Shown here in pieces: positions 40,701 through 53,100 of a stretch of 64,000 bases of DNA. The translations under genes and the position numbers were made by a program. The stretch is taken from positions 1,984,001 to 2,048,000 of the forward strand of contig CM074820.1 in NCBI GenBank assembly GCA_037447605.1. Direction: 5' to 3'. The DNA comes from Zygnema circumcarinatum SAG 698-1b. Taxonomy: Eukaryota; Plantae; Zygnematophyceae. Positions within the stretch are counted from its first letter, which is position 1. Each line of letters opens with the position of its first letter. The notes beneath the pieces were generated by a model. That model was not told the origin of the DNA. It ran no database searches and saw nothing but the letters and a program-made list of their open reading frames with translations.

Positions 40701-42284
40701 TGGAAGAGAAGTTGGGAGAGAGAGGTTCAGGTTTGGGGGGTTTTGATTGGGAATCCTCTCTCCCTCTCTCCCAATCTCTCTCTGTCCCTTCCTTCCACGA
40801 TGAACATATCTATCTTGATTTAGTCGGGTAGACACAAAAAGTTGCCCCCTTACACTTCTCTGTCTCTCTCTCGCTCTATGGGGTTACATGGGACGCGAGC
40901 AGTTGAATCGCAAGAATCACTTTCGTGAAGGGGAACGTGTTGAGATTTTGTTGCTTTTGAAGCTTCACGTGCAGAAGCCTTCAAGCTGGAACCCGTGAAG
41001 GCGCCTTTTGAAGCTGACTAAATGCAACGAGGCTTGAAGTAGTGAAGAATATTTGCAAGCATAACGTTTTTTTTTTCTTCTTCTCTGTTCGTGTATCATA
41101 GTCTTTTTGTGTTGCTTTGTCTCCCCCTTTTTTTTTTTTTTCTGGGGGAGAGAGGGAAGGGGAGATAAGGGCTTGTTCTGGCCCTGACAAAAAACATTGT
41201 ATCCAAACATCTGTGCGTTTAACCGTTTTGCTTTTGACAAGGTGTTGTGCGTCGTGGTGTGTCGTGACATGACATGACATGACATGTGTCACTTGTGGGT
41301 TCTTCTAAGCTTGATCTGAACTTCCTGCTTTTGTGCTTAGGTCCTTTGCGACCAGCTCGTCGTGGTTTCCATGCTACTTTTGTCCATGTATGTTTGATGA
41401 CCTCGCCATCGTGAGTTCAATGCCATTGTCGTTCTTCCTGCTCTCTTCGCTTGAAGGGACGAGTGTGTGAGGTCTAGGGGCTAGGGTTTGGCGCATGGGT
41501 CCGGGGTTTAGGGTGGAGGAACACAGGGTCTAGGGTCTTACTTCTTGGCTTTTAGGCTTTTGAGGTTTTAGGGTTTGCTGTGGAGAACTGTTTTGGGGAT
41601 GTCAGACTTTGAAAGAATTGAAATGGATTTTTTTTTTTATGGAAGTCCTTTTATTTGAATGTTTCTACGTATTCGCAGGAAAAGCTGCTCGTTTCGAGTT
41701 CCAAAACTGTGAAGTTTTTGCATGTCTGAAACCCAAACTGCATGTGCTCAACCTTTGGCATCATCAGTATGGGAATGAAAATCACAGTGGTAACCGAAGA
41801 GCTGGACATGACGTGACATGCGCTTTCCTTTCGGCACAACTGAAGCTGACATTTGCATGGTCCGGCCCTTCACGGAACAAAGGAACAAAGGAAAAAAAAT
41901 CTTTATTATGTACTAAAGGTTGTTCGTTTGCACCCTACTGGCACGAGGGCGCGACAATTCAACTGTTGTCCTCCTATCACCTCCGCAAATTCACTGTAAA
42001 TGTCGGTCTCCTAATAAAGACGGGGATGGATTTGTACAAAAGAGATCAAAACGTAGCAAGACAACTAGTGTGCTTCTATCATTTCCGTAAGAACATTGTC
42101 AATATCCTTCTTCGTCAGGGTTTCGAACAACTTCGAAACCCTGACACAATTATCTCCCCCCACTCTAATTAACACCAAAGCAAGTTAAATTTGAATACGT
42201 ATAAAGCTGCAGAGAGGGGGAGAGAGAGGAAGTGACGGAGAGAAAGAATGGGAAGGGAGGACAAAGAGAGAGAGAGAGCGAGCC

Positions 42285-45200
42285 CTAGCGATGCGGCACA
42301 TGAGGAGGAGGCGGCAAAGGAGGGCGTGGCGGCATTCGTCCCAACTGCCTCCTGCACGGTTTCCATGTAATTAGGGTTAGATACGAGTTTCACAGAAATT
42401 AGGGTTTGTGAAGTTTGTGAAGTTTGTGAGTGAGAGAGAGGGAGAGATGGACCCCCTCTCAACTCTCAAATACCCGATTTCAGACATCGCGCTCCCCTCA
42501 CTTTTTTTTAGTTTCATTATTTTCTTCAATAGGGCCGATGACAAAGAAATTTGAAAGAGTTTGGGGTTAAGAACCTCAGGGTTTTCAAAGGGATAAAACT
42601 TGAAATCTGACCCGAGAATTCTCGCCTCCACAAGTGCTTGATATTGAAAAGGGATTTCCATCAACGCTCTCAAAGCGAATTGAGACTCCTTTTGCTCCTC
42701 CCCCATTCTTGAATCCATTATTGCAGAAAATTCCACAAACTGCCCAACCCCAGAAAGAATACTTTCAGAAGCTTCAAACTTAAAAACACGTGCTTGGAGA
42801 GCCGAAGAAATTCTTCATCCTGAAACATAGACATATCTCCCTTAGAAAAGAGCCAAAAAAGGTTTAAAAAGCGCAAACACTGCACCTGAAAATTGTCGAA
42901 ATTTCGTTTCGGCAAATTGTCGTCAAATGCATGCATAGCGTCCCACGGTCCATCGCCGACGCCCACCATCACTATGGAGAGGGCGTAGTTGCTGCAGTTC
43001 CGTTAACCGCAACGGAATCAACGTAGGGAGGGAGAGAGAAAGGGGGAGGGAGGGAGGGGGGAGGGGGGGGGGAGGAGGAGGATGGGGAAGGGGATGGGGA
43101 TAGGGAGAGGGAAACGAGAAGGTAGAGCGAGAGAGAGGGAGGAAAGAGCGAGGGAGCGGAGGGAGCGAGGGACGAGCTCTAGAAGGGAGTGAGGGAGAGG
43201 GAGAGGGAGGGGAAGGGCAGAGAAAGGAAGAAGAAGGGAGAGAAAGAGAGGGTGGGAGAGGGAGGAAAAGAGAGGGAGAGGGAGAGAGAGAGAGGTGGAC
43301 AGGGCGGGCAGGGGGAGAGGGATGAGAGAGGTGGGTGCGGACGGAAAGGGGGGGAGAGCGAGAGAGGGAAGGAGAGGACGCGGGAGGGCAGACGAAGGAA
43401 GAGCGGGAGAGGGAGAGAGGGAGGGAGAGGGAGGAGAGTGAAGAGGGAGAGGGAGAGTTGGAGAGGCGGGCAGGGGGGGAGCGACGAGAGAGGTGGGTAG
43501 AGGGAAAGGGAAAGAGAGAAGAAAGCAGAGAGGAAGCAGGAGAACAAGGAACAGAGAGAGAACACAGAGAGGAGAGCACATCATCCAGAGAACACAGGAT
43601 TCGGAGGTAATATGATTTCGAATTTTAGGGTTAAGGTTCAAGGTAGTATGGAAATTCAATCCTCTCGTAATAAGTTGAAAAAAAATTGATGAACAGCATT
43701 TGTAGAATTTCCAAACATCATAAAGTCAAAAAGGAAATCCAAAGGGCACCGTGCCAAATTCAACAAAAACGTAGGTTCAAAATGAAAACTTTGCCGTGCA
43801 AACGAGAAGCAAGAATCAGTACCTCGCTGCCACAATAGCATCGACAGTCGCCTGCTCCTGATCACTTAACCGATTCGGGAGCGTATCACTTGGCCTCGTC
43901 ATCTGAAAAGCAGGCAGAAAAATAAAAATTACAAATTTAAATTTCGTTTACAAACTTCATTCTCCCTTTATTCGTGTATTTGTACGTTTATGTTTACTCG
44001 CTTTAACCGCTCCCCTCCCTAGGGGGGATGAACGACCTGGAGGGGAGGGAGGGGAAGAGGATGGGTTTTTAGGGTTTTAAGGGTTTTTAGGGTAGGCCTG
44101 AAAGGAGGCCCTCCCCTTCTCCCTCCCTTTCCCCTTCCCCCTGCCTTCCACTTACTCCCCTTTCTTCTCCCTTCCTCCCCCTTCCCCTCCCTTCCCTCCC
44201 ACGTCCTCCCCCTTCCCCCCGTTTCCTCCCCCATCTCCCCTCTCTCTCCTCTCCCTCCCCCTCCCCCCTCCCTCTCTCCCTACATCCCTCCCTCCCTCCC
44301 TACCTCCCTCCCTCCAGTGAAAACGAGTTCTCTCACCTCCCCATCTGCAACAATGAGCAGAACGTGGTATTGCCCTCCACTTTGTTCCACAATGCGAACA
44401 GCGGACTCGACAATTGGAGCAAACGAGGTCGGACCTAAAAAAAATAAGCACAAAACCTCCCCTCTCCATATCGCTTTTAAATTTTAAGATTCAGAAAGAC
44501 GTCGGAGGTCAGATTTAACTCGTTTTTTTTTTACATGTGCCCTTAAGTTTTAGGGTATTGGAAGCCTACAAATGTACAGTTTTCGGGTTTTGGAGACAAG
44601 ATTCCAAATAGATAACCAAAAATACAGGTGAACAGCTGATTTTTCCCCTTTCAGACGATAGAGAAGTTCAATAAACGATAATTTATATTTCAGCTTTTAG
44701 GGTTTTCGTTGTCCTGCCTTACACTGACCTGCTAGTCGCACCCTCGGAACAATTTCTTGATAACGATTTAAAGCTCCCGCGAAGCCCCGACATGGAGAGC
44801 CGTCCTCGTTAAAGCTAAACACATACTGGTCCGTCGTAGAAGCTGGCCAAAGGAGCAGCATAGAACACATAACACGTCAAATGGAACTGAATCTGGAACT
44901 GAAACTGGAACTGAAACTGAGCAGACTTTGAGCATATGCACATGTTGGTGCTTTCGGACGCTGCGCCTTGAAGAGGAGAATGCGCAACAATGAAAGCACG
45001 TGTGTGCGGTGTATGTGTGTGAGAAAGAGGGGGAGGGGGGGAGGAGAGAGAGGGAGAGATCATGGAAGAAAAAGGAGGAAGACTGTTAAAGAGCATAACA
45101 GAAAGGAGAGGACAATAAAGTGTGTGAGAGAACGAAAGAGACAAGGGAGGAAGAAGGGGTGAAGGGAGAGAGAGAGAGGGAGACTCAGAGAGAGTCACAA

Positions 45201-46490
45201 AGAGAAGAGTGAGAGAGAGAAAGAAAGGAAAGAGTGAGAGGAGGGAGATGTACGATACTCCTCCTCGCGACTCGAGCAGTTCAATACACTTTTCTCTAAA
45301 CTTGATTTATGTAAAAAGTGCTGCAATTCTACCTCCCTACTTGAACTAAAACACAAAAAGACTAAAAATACAGACGTGAATTGAATTGAAATATGTCCTT
45401 CGATTTACTTTCATTAAGTTTGGCGAAAAGAAAGTGTCAAGGAATCCGAATTTGAGATAAGCTCAAATTCTTCATTGTTGCACTGACCGTCTCCAAATCC
45501 AAAGCATGGAATCAAATTGTCTTCGTCAAAACGTTCGAGAGTTCGACCAATGATGTGCAGCGCCTGCTGGTACGGATTAGGCTGCCGACCAATCGCATGC
45601 AAGCTCTGTTTCCCAAAAGTTCGTTTTCCTGCCCGAAAAAAAACAATTCAATCAAATATACTTCAGAAAAATGGAAAGGGGGAGAAGACTGAAGAAGAAG
45701 CAAGAACAATGCAGTCTGGATCTTTGCATGTGTCTGCGAAAAAAGGAGGCCAGGGTTGAAAATATCAAGTTCAGCTTATAAAAACGTATTTGGCTGAAGA
45801 AATTGGTTTCGAGAAGGTTAAAATTACAAGAAAAGAGCAAGAAGAGAGAAGAAGAGAGAGAGAGAGAAAGACGGAAGTTTGGCAAGAGGAGGGAGACGGA
45901 AAGAGAAGAGGAGTGAGAGGGAGCGAGAAAAGAGAGTGAAAGAGAGAGAAGAGAGAAGAGAGAGAGAAAAGGAGTGGCGAGAGAGGGGTGAGATAGAGAG
46001 TGGGAGAGAGAGGAGAGAGGGAGGGAGGGAAGAGAGTGAGAGGAGAGAGCGGAGAGAGAGGTATATTAAAAACCAGGAGTGAGATTTCCCGTGAATGAGA
46101 CACCTCAAGTTTAAATATTTTCACCGTTCCATGTGTTGCTGGCGGTGAAATCGATTCCAACAATCAAATTGCTCGACTCCAAACCTGCCGCTTGCAGCGC
46201 GCTTGTCACCTGCATGGGAAGGACAAATAAATTTGGCAAATTTGAGAAACAATTATGCACATCATAGGGACATGTTTTCTTTTCTCCGCCGAAATGCTGG
46301 AAGATGTACCCAAGCTTTTTTGGAAACAAGGCATTCTGAGAGTTCGAATAGTTTTTTAAGTTTATAAATTTGATTAAGAAAGGAAAAGAGACAATTTACA
46401 GACCTGATCAATGTTTTGATACAGGTCGGGAATCTGCCCGTAGCGCCGTACAAACCTGTTTCTGAACTCATCATCATCAGCATTCGCCAT
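42285..46490 (-). CDS. RGLG-like vWA/copine protein without RING and without N-terminal Gly2
   Basis: Exons read [29 protein letters not shown]|[22 protein letters not shown]|...IPCFGFGD|...[13 protein letters not shown]|...|[17 protein letters not shown]...NFDNFQ|FVEFS...ALMEIP|[21 protein letters not shown], with TAG at 42285-42287. Confidence 0.85.
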
Positions 46491-48009
46491 CGCTCAGTGA
46501 AGGAGGAAGGGAGGGAGGGAGGGAGAGAGGAGGGAGGGAGGGAGGGAGAGGGAGGGAGGGAGGGAGGGGGAGAGAGGGAGGGAGGGAGGGAGGGAGGGAG
46601 GGAGAGAGGGAGGGAGGGAGGGAGGGAGGGAGGGAGGGAGCGAGGGATGAAGGGAGGGAGAGAGGAGGCCGCAGAGAGAGAGAGAGAGCAGAGAGAGAAA
46701 GAGAGAGGCCGCTAAATAGCGCGGAACGCGTCAAACCACAACGTTTGACGGCCTTTGTTGGGTACACGTTCAGAACCCGTACCTTGCCCATCGATTTCCA
46801 TACTAATTTTAGCTCGACCTAATTATTGGTTCTAATGCAACCGCTTCCTTCGGTGACCTTCGCGGCTGCTTCCAGGGAGGGAGGGAGGGCTTCAAGCGTT
46901 GCTGAGCCAAGGCGGAGCTTTTTTCTTTTGTGCTCAAGTACTTTGCGGCTCGATCCTCGTGGTTCCCAATGTTATTGTTGTTGCCCATGCACATCTGATG
47001 GCCTCATCGCCATCGTGAGACCAATGCCACAACTTTTACTTCAGAAGCATGGAAGCAAGTTGTTGGGGTGACGTCAGCAATAGTTTGGACGACGGCAGCA
47101 TGACTTCACGTTATGTCATGTCACGTCCTTGCCAGTTGTTCTCCGGAATCTGAGACTGTAACGGATCGGCCCGTACCAGCGTTCAGATATGGCTGCTTGT
47201 AACTTTCAAAGAGAACCCGTCCATAGTTCGTCACGTCACGTACGCGCCCGTAGCAGCCATTCCAAGTTTGGGGGGTGCGCGGAGCGAATTCGGTCGGGCG
47301 GCGACGCAAAAGCATTGGACACCTGCCATTGGACCACGGCGGCACGGTATTCGAAACACGTACTCGCGTATGGCTCATAGTGAAACACGACGACAATGGC
47401 CAAGTACTGGTACAGAGCACGACCTGAATCCTGCAGCTAATATTTCCGAATCAGTATTTGTGTTCTGGAAAATACGAGCGAAGACATCAGACGCGACGTA
47501 CTGTGTTTGAATTGTCTCTTCCCCCTCCCTCCTATTCAACAATCCATCGTCTTTCGGTGTCAATTAGAGGTTGGGACTCGGTTGGGAACCCGTCCCGGTG
47601 GTCTCCCGCCCCTTCCTGCGCGTGTTGCGCCGCACATCGGCGACCTTCGCGGCTGCTTCTAGTGCCGTGTTGTTGAGTTCAAACAAAACAAAAAAAAATG
47701 AGAATGAGAATGAGGGGAAATAATCATTTGAGAGTTCGATGAGTTCATATTTTCATCCAGCCCCATGTTTTATTTCGATGAGTTCATATTTTCATCCAGA
47801 CCCATGTTTTATTTCAATGCCATTTTCCTTTCTTTCATGTTTACGATTAATCGGATAGTGACAATGTTTATACGGACAGCATAGAAGTGCAGCTGTTGTG
47901 ATCACTTTCGCACAAGCTCCGCGGCACAAATTTCGGAATGCCGAGGGTCGGGACATGGCTTGCTTGTAAGGTTCGGTTGGGTTGTTGCGCCTTCTACCTC
48001 CGCCGGCCC

Positions 48010-49560
48010 CAATCCCGTACCTCTCTCTCTCTCCCTCTCCCTCCCTATTCGCCTCTCTCTCCCTCTCCCTCCCGTACCTCTCTCTCTCCTCCTCTCCCTC
48101 CCTATCCGCCTCCCTTTCTCTCCCTCTCCCTACCGTACGTCTCTCTCTCTCCTCGCCCTCCCTATCCGCCACCCCCTCTCTCCCTCTCACTCCCGTACCT
48201 CTTCATCCTCCCCCCCCTCCCTATCCGCCTCCCTCTCTCTCCCTCTCCCTCCCCAACAACTCTCTCTCCTCTCCCTCCCTATCCGCCTCTCCCGCTCCCT
48301 CCCGTAGGTCTCTCTCTCCCCCCTTCTCCCTCCCTATCCGCCTCCCCCTCTCTCCCTCTCCCTTCCGTATCTCGTCATTCTACCCTCTCCCTCCCTATCC
48401 GCCTCCCTCTCTCTCCCTCTCCCTCCCGGACCTCTTCATCCTCCCCCTCTCCCTCCCTATCCGCCTCCCCCTCTCTCCCTCTCCCTCCCGTACCTCTTCA
48501 TCCTCCCCCTCTCCCTCACTTTCCGCCTCCCTCTCTCTCCCGCTCCCTCCCGTACCTCTTCATCCTCCCCCTCTCCCTCCCCATCCGTCTCCCTCTCTCT
48601 CCCTCTCCCTCCCGTATCTCTTCATCCTCCCCCTCTTCCTCCCTATCCGCTTCCCTCTCTCTCCCTCTCCCTCCCGTACTTCTTCATCCTCCCCCTCTCC
48701 CTCCCGATCTGCTTCCCTCTCTCTCCCTCTCCATCCCGTACCTCTCTCTCTCTCCCCATCTCCCTCCCTATCCGCCTCCCGCTCCCTCCCTCTCCCTCCC
48801 GTACCTCTTCATCCTCCCCCTCTCCCTCCCTATCCGCCTCCCCTTCTCTCCCTCACTCCCGTACCTCTTCATTCTCCCCATCTCCCTCCCTATCCGCTGC
48901 CCTCTCTCTCCCATTTCCTCCCGTACCTCTTCATCCCCCCCCCTCTCCCTCCTTATCCGTCTCCCACTCTCTCCCTCTCCCTCCCGTACCTCTTCATCCT
49001 CGTCCTCCCCCTCCCTATCCGCCTCCCTCTCGCTCACTCTCCCTCCCGTACCTCTTCATCCTCCCCCTCTCCCTCCCTATCCGCCTCCTTCTCTCTACCA
49101 CTCCCGCCCGTACCTCTTCATCCTCCCCCTCTCCCTCCCGTACCTCTTCATCCTCCCCTCCTCCCTCCCTATCCGCCTTCCTCTCTCTCCCTCTCCCTCC
49201 CGTACCTCTTCATCCTCCCCCTCTCCCTCCCTATCCGCCTCCCTTCCTCTCCCTCTCCCTCCCTATCCACCCCCCCTCTCTCTCTCTCCCTCCCTGTCGG
49301 CCTCCCTGTCTCTCTCTCCCTCCCGTACCTCTCCATACTCCCCCTCTCCCTCCCTATCCAACTCTCTCTCTCTCTCTTCCTTCCTATCCGCCTCCCTCTC
49401 TCCCCCTCTTCCTCCCTCTCTCCCTCCCTATCCGCCTCCCTCCCTCTCCCTCTCCCTCCCTCTCCCCTTCCTATCTCGCTCTTCTCCAACCACTCTACCT
49501 CCCCATCACCTCCCTCTCTCTCTCGCCCTTCCCCGTCGCTCGCCCACCCCCCCCCCTCCC
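48010..49560 (+). repeat. Polypyrimidine minisatellite, ~57-60-bp unit (CTCCCTCCCGTACCTCTTCATCCTCCCCCTCTCCCTCCCTATCCGCCTCCC...)
   Basis: About 17 intact CCGTAC cores counted plus variant units, each alternating with CTATCCGCC. Confidence 0.9.
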
Positions 49561-50127
49561 TCTTCCGTGTTCGACGTCATCCGATCTCTCCAAGGACTGA
49601 TTGGCGAGGTCCACGTCATCCGATACGTGCACGACTCCCCGATTGGCTTGTTCTACGTCATCGAATCTTTGAACGACCTCCTTTGGCCCGTTTAGATTCA
49701 TTCAAATATTTTCAAGATCTTATACGACCTCGAATAGGCAGATTGCACGTCGGCAGATCTGGCGACGAGCTCTGATTGGCCTTTAAAATTAAAATATCTC
49801 TAGACGATCTCGTATTGGTGCAGATCAGGCCGTCGAATCCACATTTTTTTTGGTGAAATCCTTTTAGCTGTGTCCAGTATGTCAACCGAATCTTAGTTTG
49901 TCCCTTTTCTTAACGACAAATACCACGTGGCTGATTCTTATTGGACCTTTCACGCGCGCGCGCGGACAGCGACGCTTTTCTCCACGTTCACAAATTGGTC
50001 GACGCATGTACGAACGTACGGACTGATGGATATATGAGTGTACGGCCATAGTTTTGCTGCCTTCGGAAAAAATTGGAGAGCTTGGAGAGTGCGTGGGAGC
50101 GGAGCAGGGCACTTGGCAGGTCTGGCC

Positions 50128-53100
50128 ATGGCGGCCGCGCGGGGGAGGGCGATGGAGGGAGCAGCATTGATGCTGGTCATGGTGGCTTGCATGGCTCTCC
50201 TCGTCAGTGGGAAGAGCGGCTCTGGATTTTCGGGGGATTTCTCGAAAGCAGTTGCAAGGGAGGAGGGCTTCAATCGTCAGTCAACGCTGCGGAGGTCCTT
50301 GATAGGAGCGCAGGAAGTAAAAGGTTCTGGCTGAATCCATATACTGATATTGACAAGGGAGCATTCCGTAGTAAGCTTTTCTACCATTGCACGTTTCTTT
50401 GCTCTGGAGACGAGCAGAGTGATGGTTCAACGTCGAAATTGCACTAGTTAATGGTCACTTTGAATCAAATGTTGATCCAAATCCTTCTCTGCGCCCTTTT
50501 ATTATTCTTACCTCCGTGATGTTCTTGAGGTTTAATATTGACTATAACTTATGATCGTTTTGATATTTGTGCTGTTTGAGCCAAAGCAGTTGATGCACTC
50601 AAGGGAGCTGCCACCGCAGAGGAGAAGGAGGGTCGACAGTGCATCTCAGATTTCCCAAATCTGTGCTTATTCGTGGATCCACTCCCCTTATCTGAAAAGA
50701 TTGATGGATCCACCGGAGAAACAATCACTTTGGGAGCCTACATCGTGTGGGAGGTAATCAAATCTTGATCCAATTTTAAATTTCTTAACTAATCAATTTC
50801 TTAATTAAAGGTTCTGACCTGTCAGCCAGTATGCGAATTTTCTTTCGTTCATAATCATAGTCCCCCCATCTCTCCTTTTTTTTTTTTTATATTTCAATTT
50901 CAATCAGTCGTAAATCGTCCTTTTCTTGGAAAAAAGAAGGGGCGAGGCGGGGAGGGGAGAGGGGAGTGGGGGAAGGGGGAAGGTGGAGGCGGAAGGGAAA
51001 GGGGGAAGGGGGTAGGAGGGAGGGGAAGGGAGGGGAGGGGAGGGGAGGGAGGGAGGGAGGAAGGGAGAGAGGGAGGGGGGAGGGGGAAGGGGAGGGGGAG
51101 GGGGAGGGGAGGAGGGGAGGGGAGTGGGGGAAGGGGGAAGGGGGAGGAGAAGGGGAGGAGGGAGGGGAAGGGGGAGGGGGAGGGAGGAGGGAGGGGGGAG
51201 GGGGGAGGGGGAGGGGGAGGGGGAGGGGGGGAGGGGGAGGGGGAAGGGGGAGGGGGAGGGGAGGGGAAGGGGAGGGGGGAGGGGGGAGGGGGGAGGGGGG
51301 GAGGGGGAGAGGGGGAGGGGGAGGGGGAGGGGGGGAAGGGGGATCTTCTCCAAAGGACGAACGGCAAAGTCATATCTTCAACCACGATTCACACCGTGGC
51401 CTTATTTTTGGAATGTGCTGCAGAAGTTTCATCGCGACCTTCCTCCAACGAAAAATTACGGCTATGGGACTTCGGAAGAGTCCGCCACCACGCCAGGCCC
51501 TACGATAGAGGCGAAGCGACACATCCCAACGAACATCCAATGGAAGAACTACCTTACAGACGAAAGATATTACGTACCTGCCATTTTACCCGAATCAGAA
51601 GAAGTTCAGCCGAAGCGTGGCGGTATTCCGATTGGTCGGTTGCGAAGTCCATTCATTTTTCCATATTTTGTTTCTTTTCGTTTTTTTTTCTTGCCAGTGT
51701 AGTTCATCAAAAGCAGCTATGAGGATTTAGGACCAACAAGATATCATTGAAATCAAAGTTTCTGGCTTCGTCCGACTTTGATCCTCAGTTTCCGTTTGCA
51801 GTTTCTCTCTCCCCTAAGTTACATTTTTTTTTTATATGGACCCTTTCTCTACTTTTTTGGCCTTCATGTTTCTGTATCTTGTTTCTCACATTTTTTTCCC
51901 TTCTCTCCGTTCTCGCTCTCCTCTGTTCCGTGTTACTGCAGTCATGCACCTTCATGGGGGGGAAAACGAGCCAACATCTGACGGACACCCCGATGCGTGG
52001 TTCACATGGAAAGGGGAGGTGGGCCCCACCTTCAACAAGACATTGTACACTTATTTGAACACACAGCCCGCGGCCTCTCTGTGGTATCACGACCACACTA
52101 AGGGCCTAACGCGCCTCAGCATTTACATGGGTAGGAGGATTCCCTTGTCAACGTACAGTTTTGGAAGGGTAGGAGGGAACGAAGGTGGGAATGGGGAAAG
52201 GGAGGAAGGGAGAGAGGGAGGGGGGGAGGGTGAGAGGGGAAGTTGGAGAGGCAGAGAGGAGTGGGATGGAGTGGGGAGAAGGGTGAGGGTTACGAGGCAG
52301 GGAGGGGGAGAAGAGCGGTAGGGTTGGGTGGGTCTATGGAGGAAATAGCATTGGAGAATGATGATGATTGGAGTCTGCTTCGCAGTGGCATATGCAAAGA
52401 GGGGAGGGCGAGAGAGTGAACGCGGGAGGAAGTAGAGGAAGGGAGAGAAGGGAGAGAAGGGAGGTAGGTGGTAGAATTTAAAGACAAGGGGAGAGAAGTG
52501 GGGTTCTAAGTAGTCCTTTCCATTCAGTTGGGCCACTGTTCAATTTTCTGAAAGTGCTTGCTTGGAGATGATAATTTTATGTCTTGCTAGCTTTCCGCAT
52601 ATTCGACATTCTCTAATTCTCTTAGTCGAGGACGAAAGCTCACTTCATTTTTTCCTTAGTGGCTTAAACATGTGCAGGTCTCCTTGGGATGTATCTGCTT
52701 CATGACCCAACGGATCAGGAGTCTGCATTTGATCTCCCAGCCGGAAAGTATGACCTGCCACTCATACTCACAAATCAGATCCTTAACCATGAGGGCCTTA
52801 GGTATGTGAGTGATTATGCAAGCGTCCATCCTGTCGACTACGAAGAATACGTTGTCATCAATAGCAAGGTGAACTCTCCCTCTCCTCTCCTCTCTCTCTC
52901 TCGCTTAACTGCTGATTGTTTAGTTTTGCTCAAATGCAGGGTGTGGGTTTATTTGCATTTGGGTAGGGTATTGAATTGGAAGCAACAATAGAATTGCTGG
53001 AGATGGAAGTGCTGAATTTTTAAGACTCCCGTTTTCGTTGAGCTTGCAGGCATATCCCTACTTGAATGTGGACAGGACAAAGTATCGTTTCCGGCTTTTG

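Noticed and set aside
41651-41839. MQFGFQ|TCKNF... as a relic RING exon of the RING-less RGLG
   Set aside because: Only a TC after a CAG matches, the other Cys ligands are absent, and the match is likely chance.
47938-49775. ~590-aa Ser/Pro-rich ORFs resembling extensin
   Set aside because: C/T-only minisatellite lacks stops in several frames, units shift frame, and there is no convincing signal peptide.
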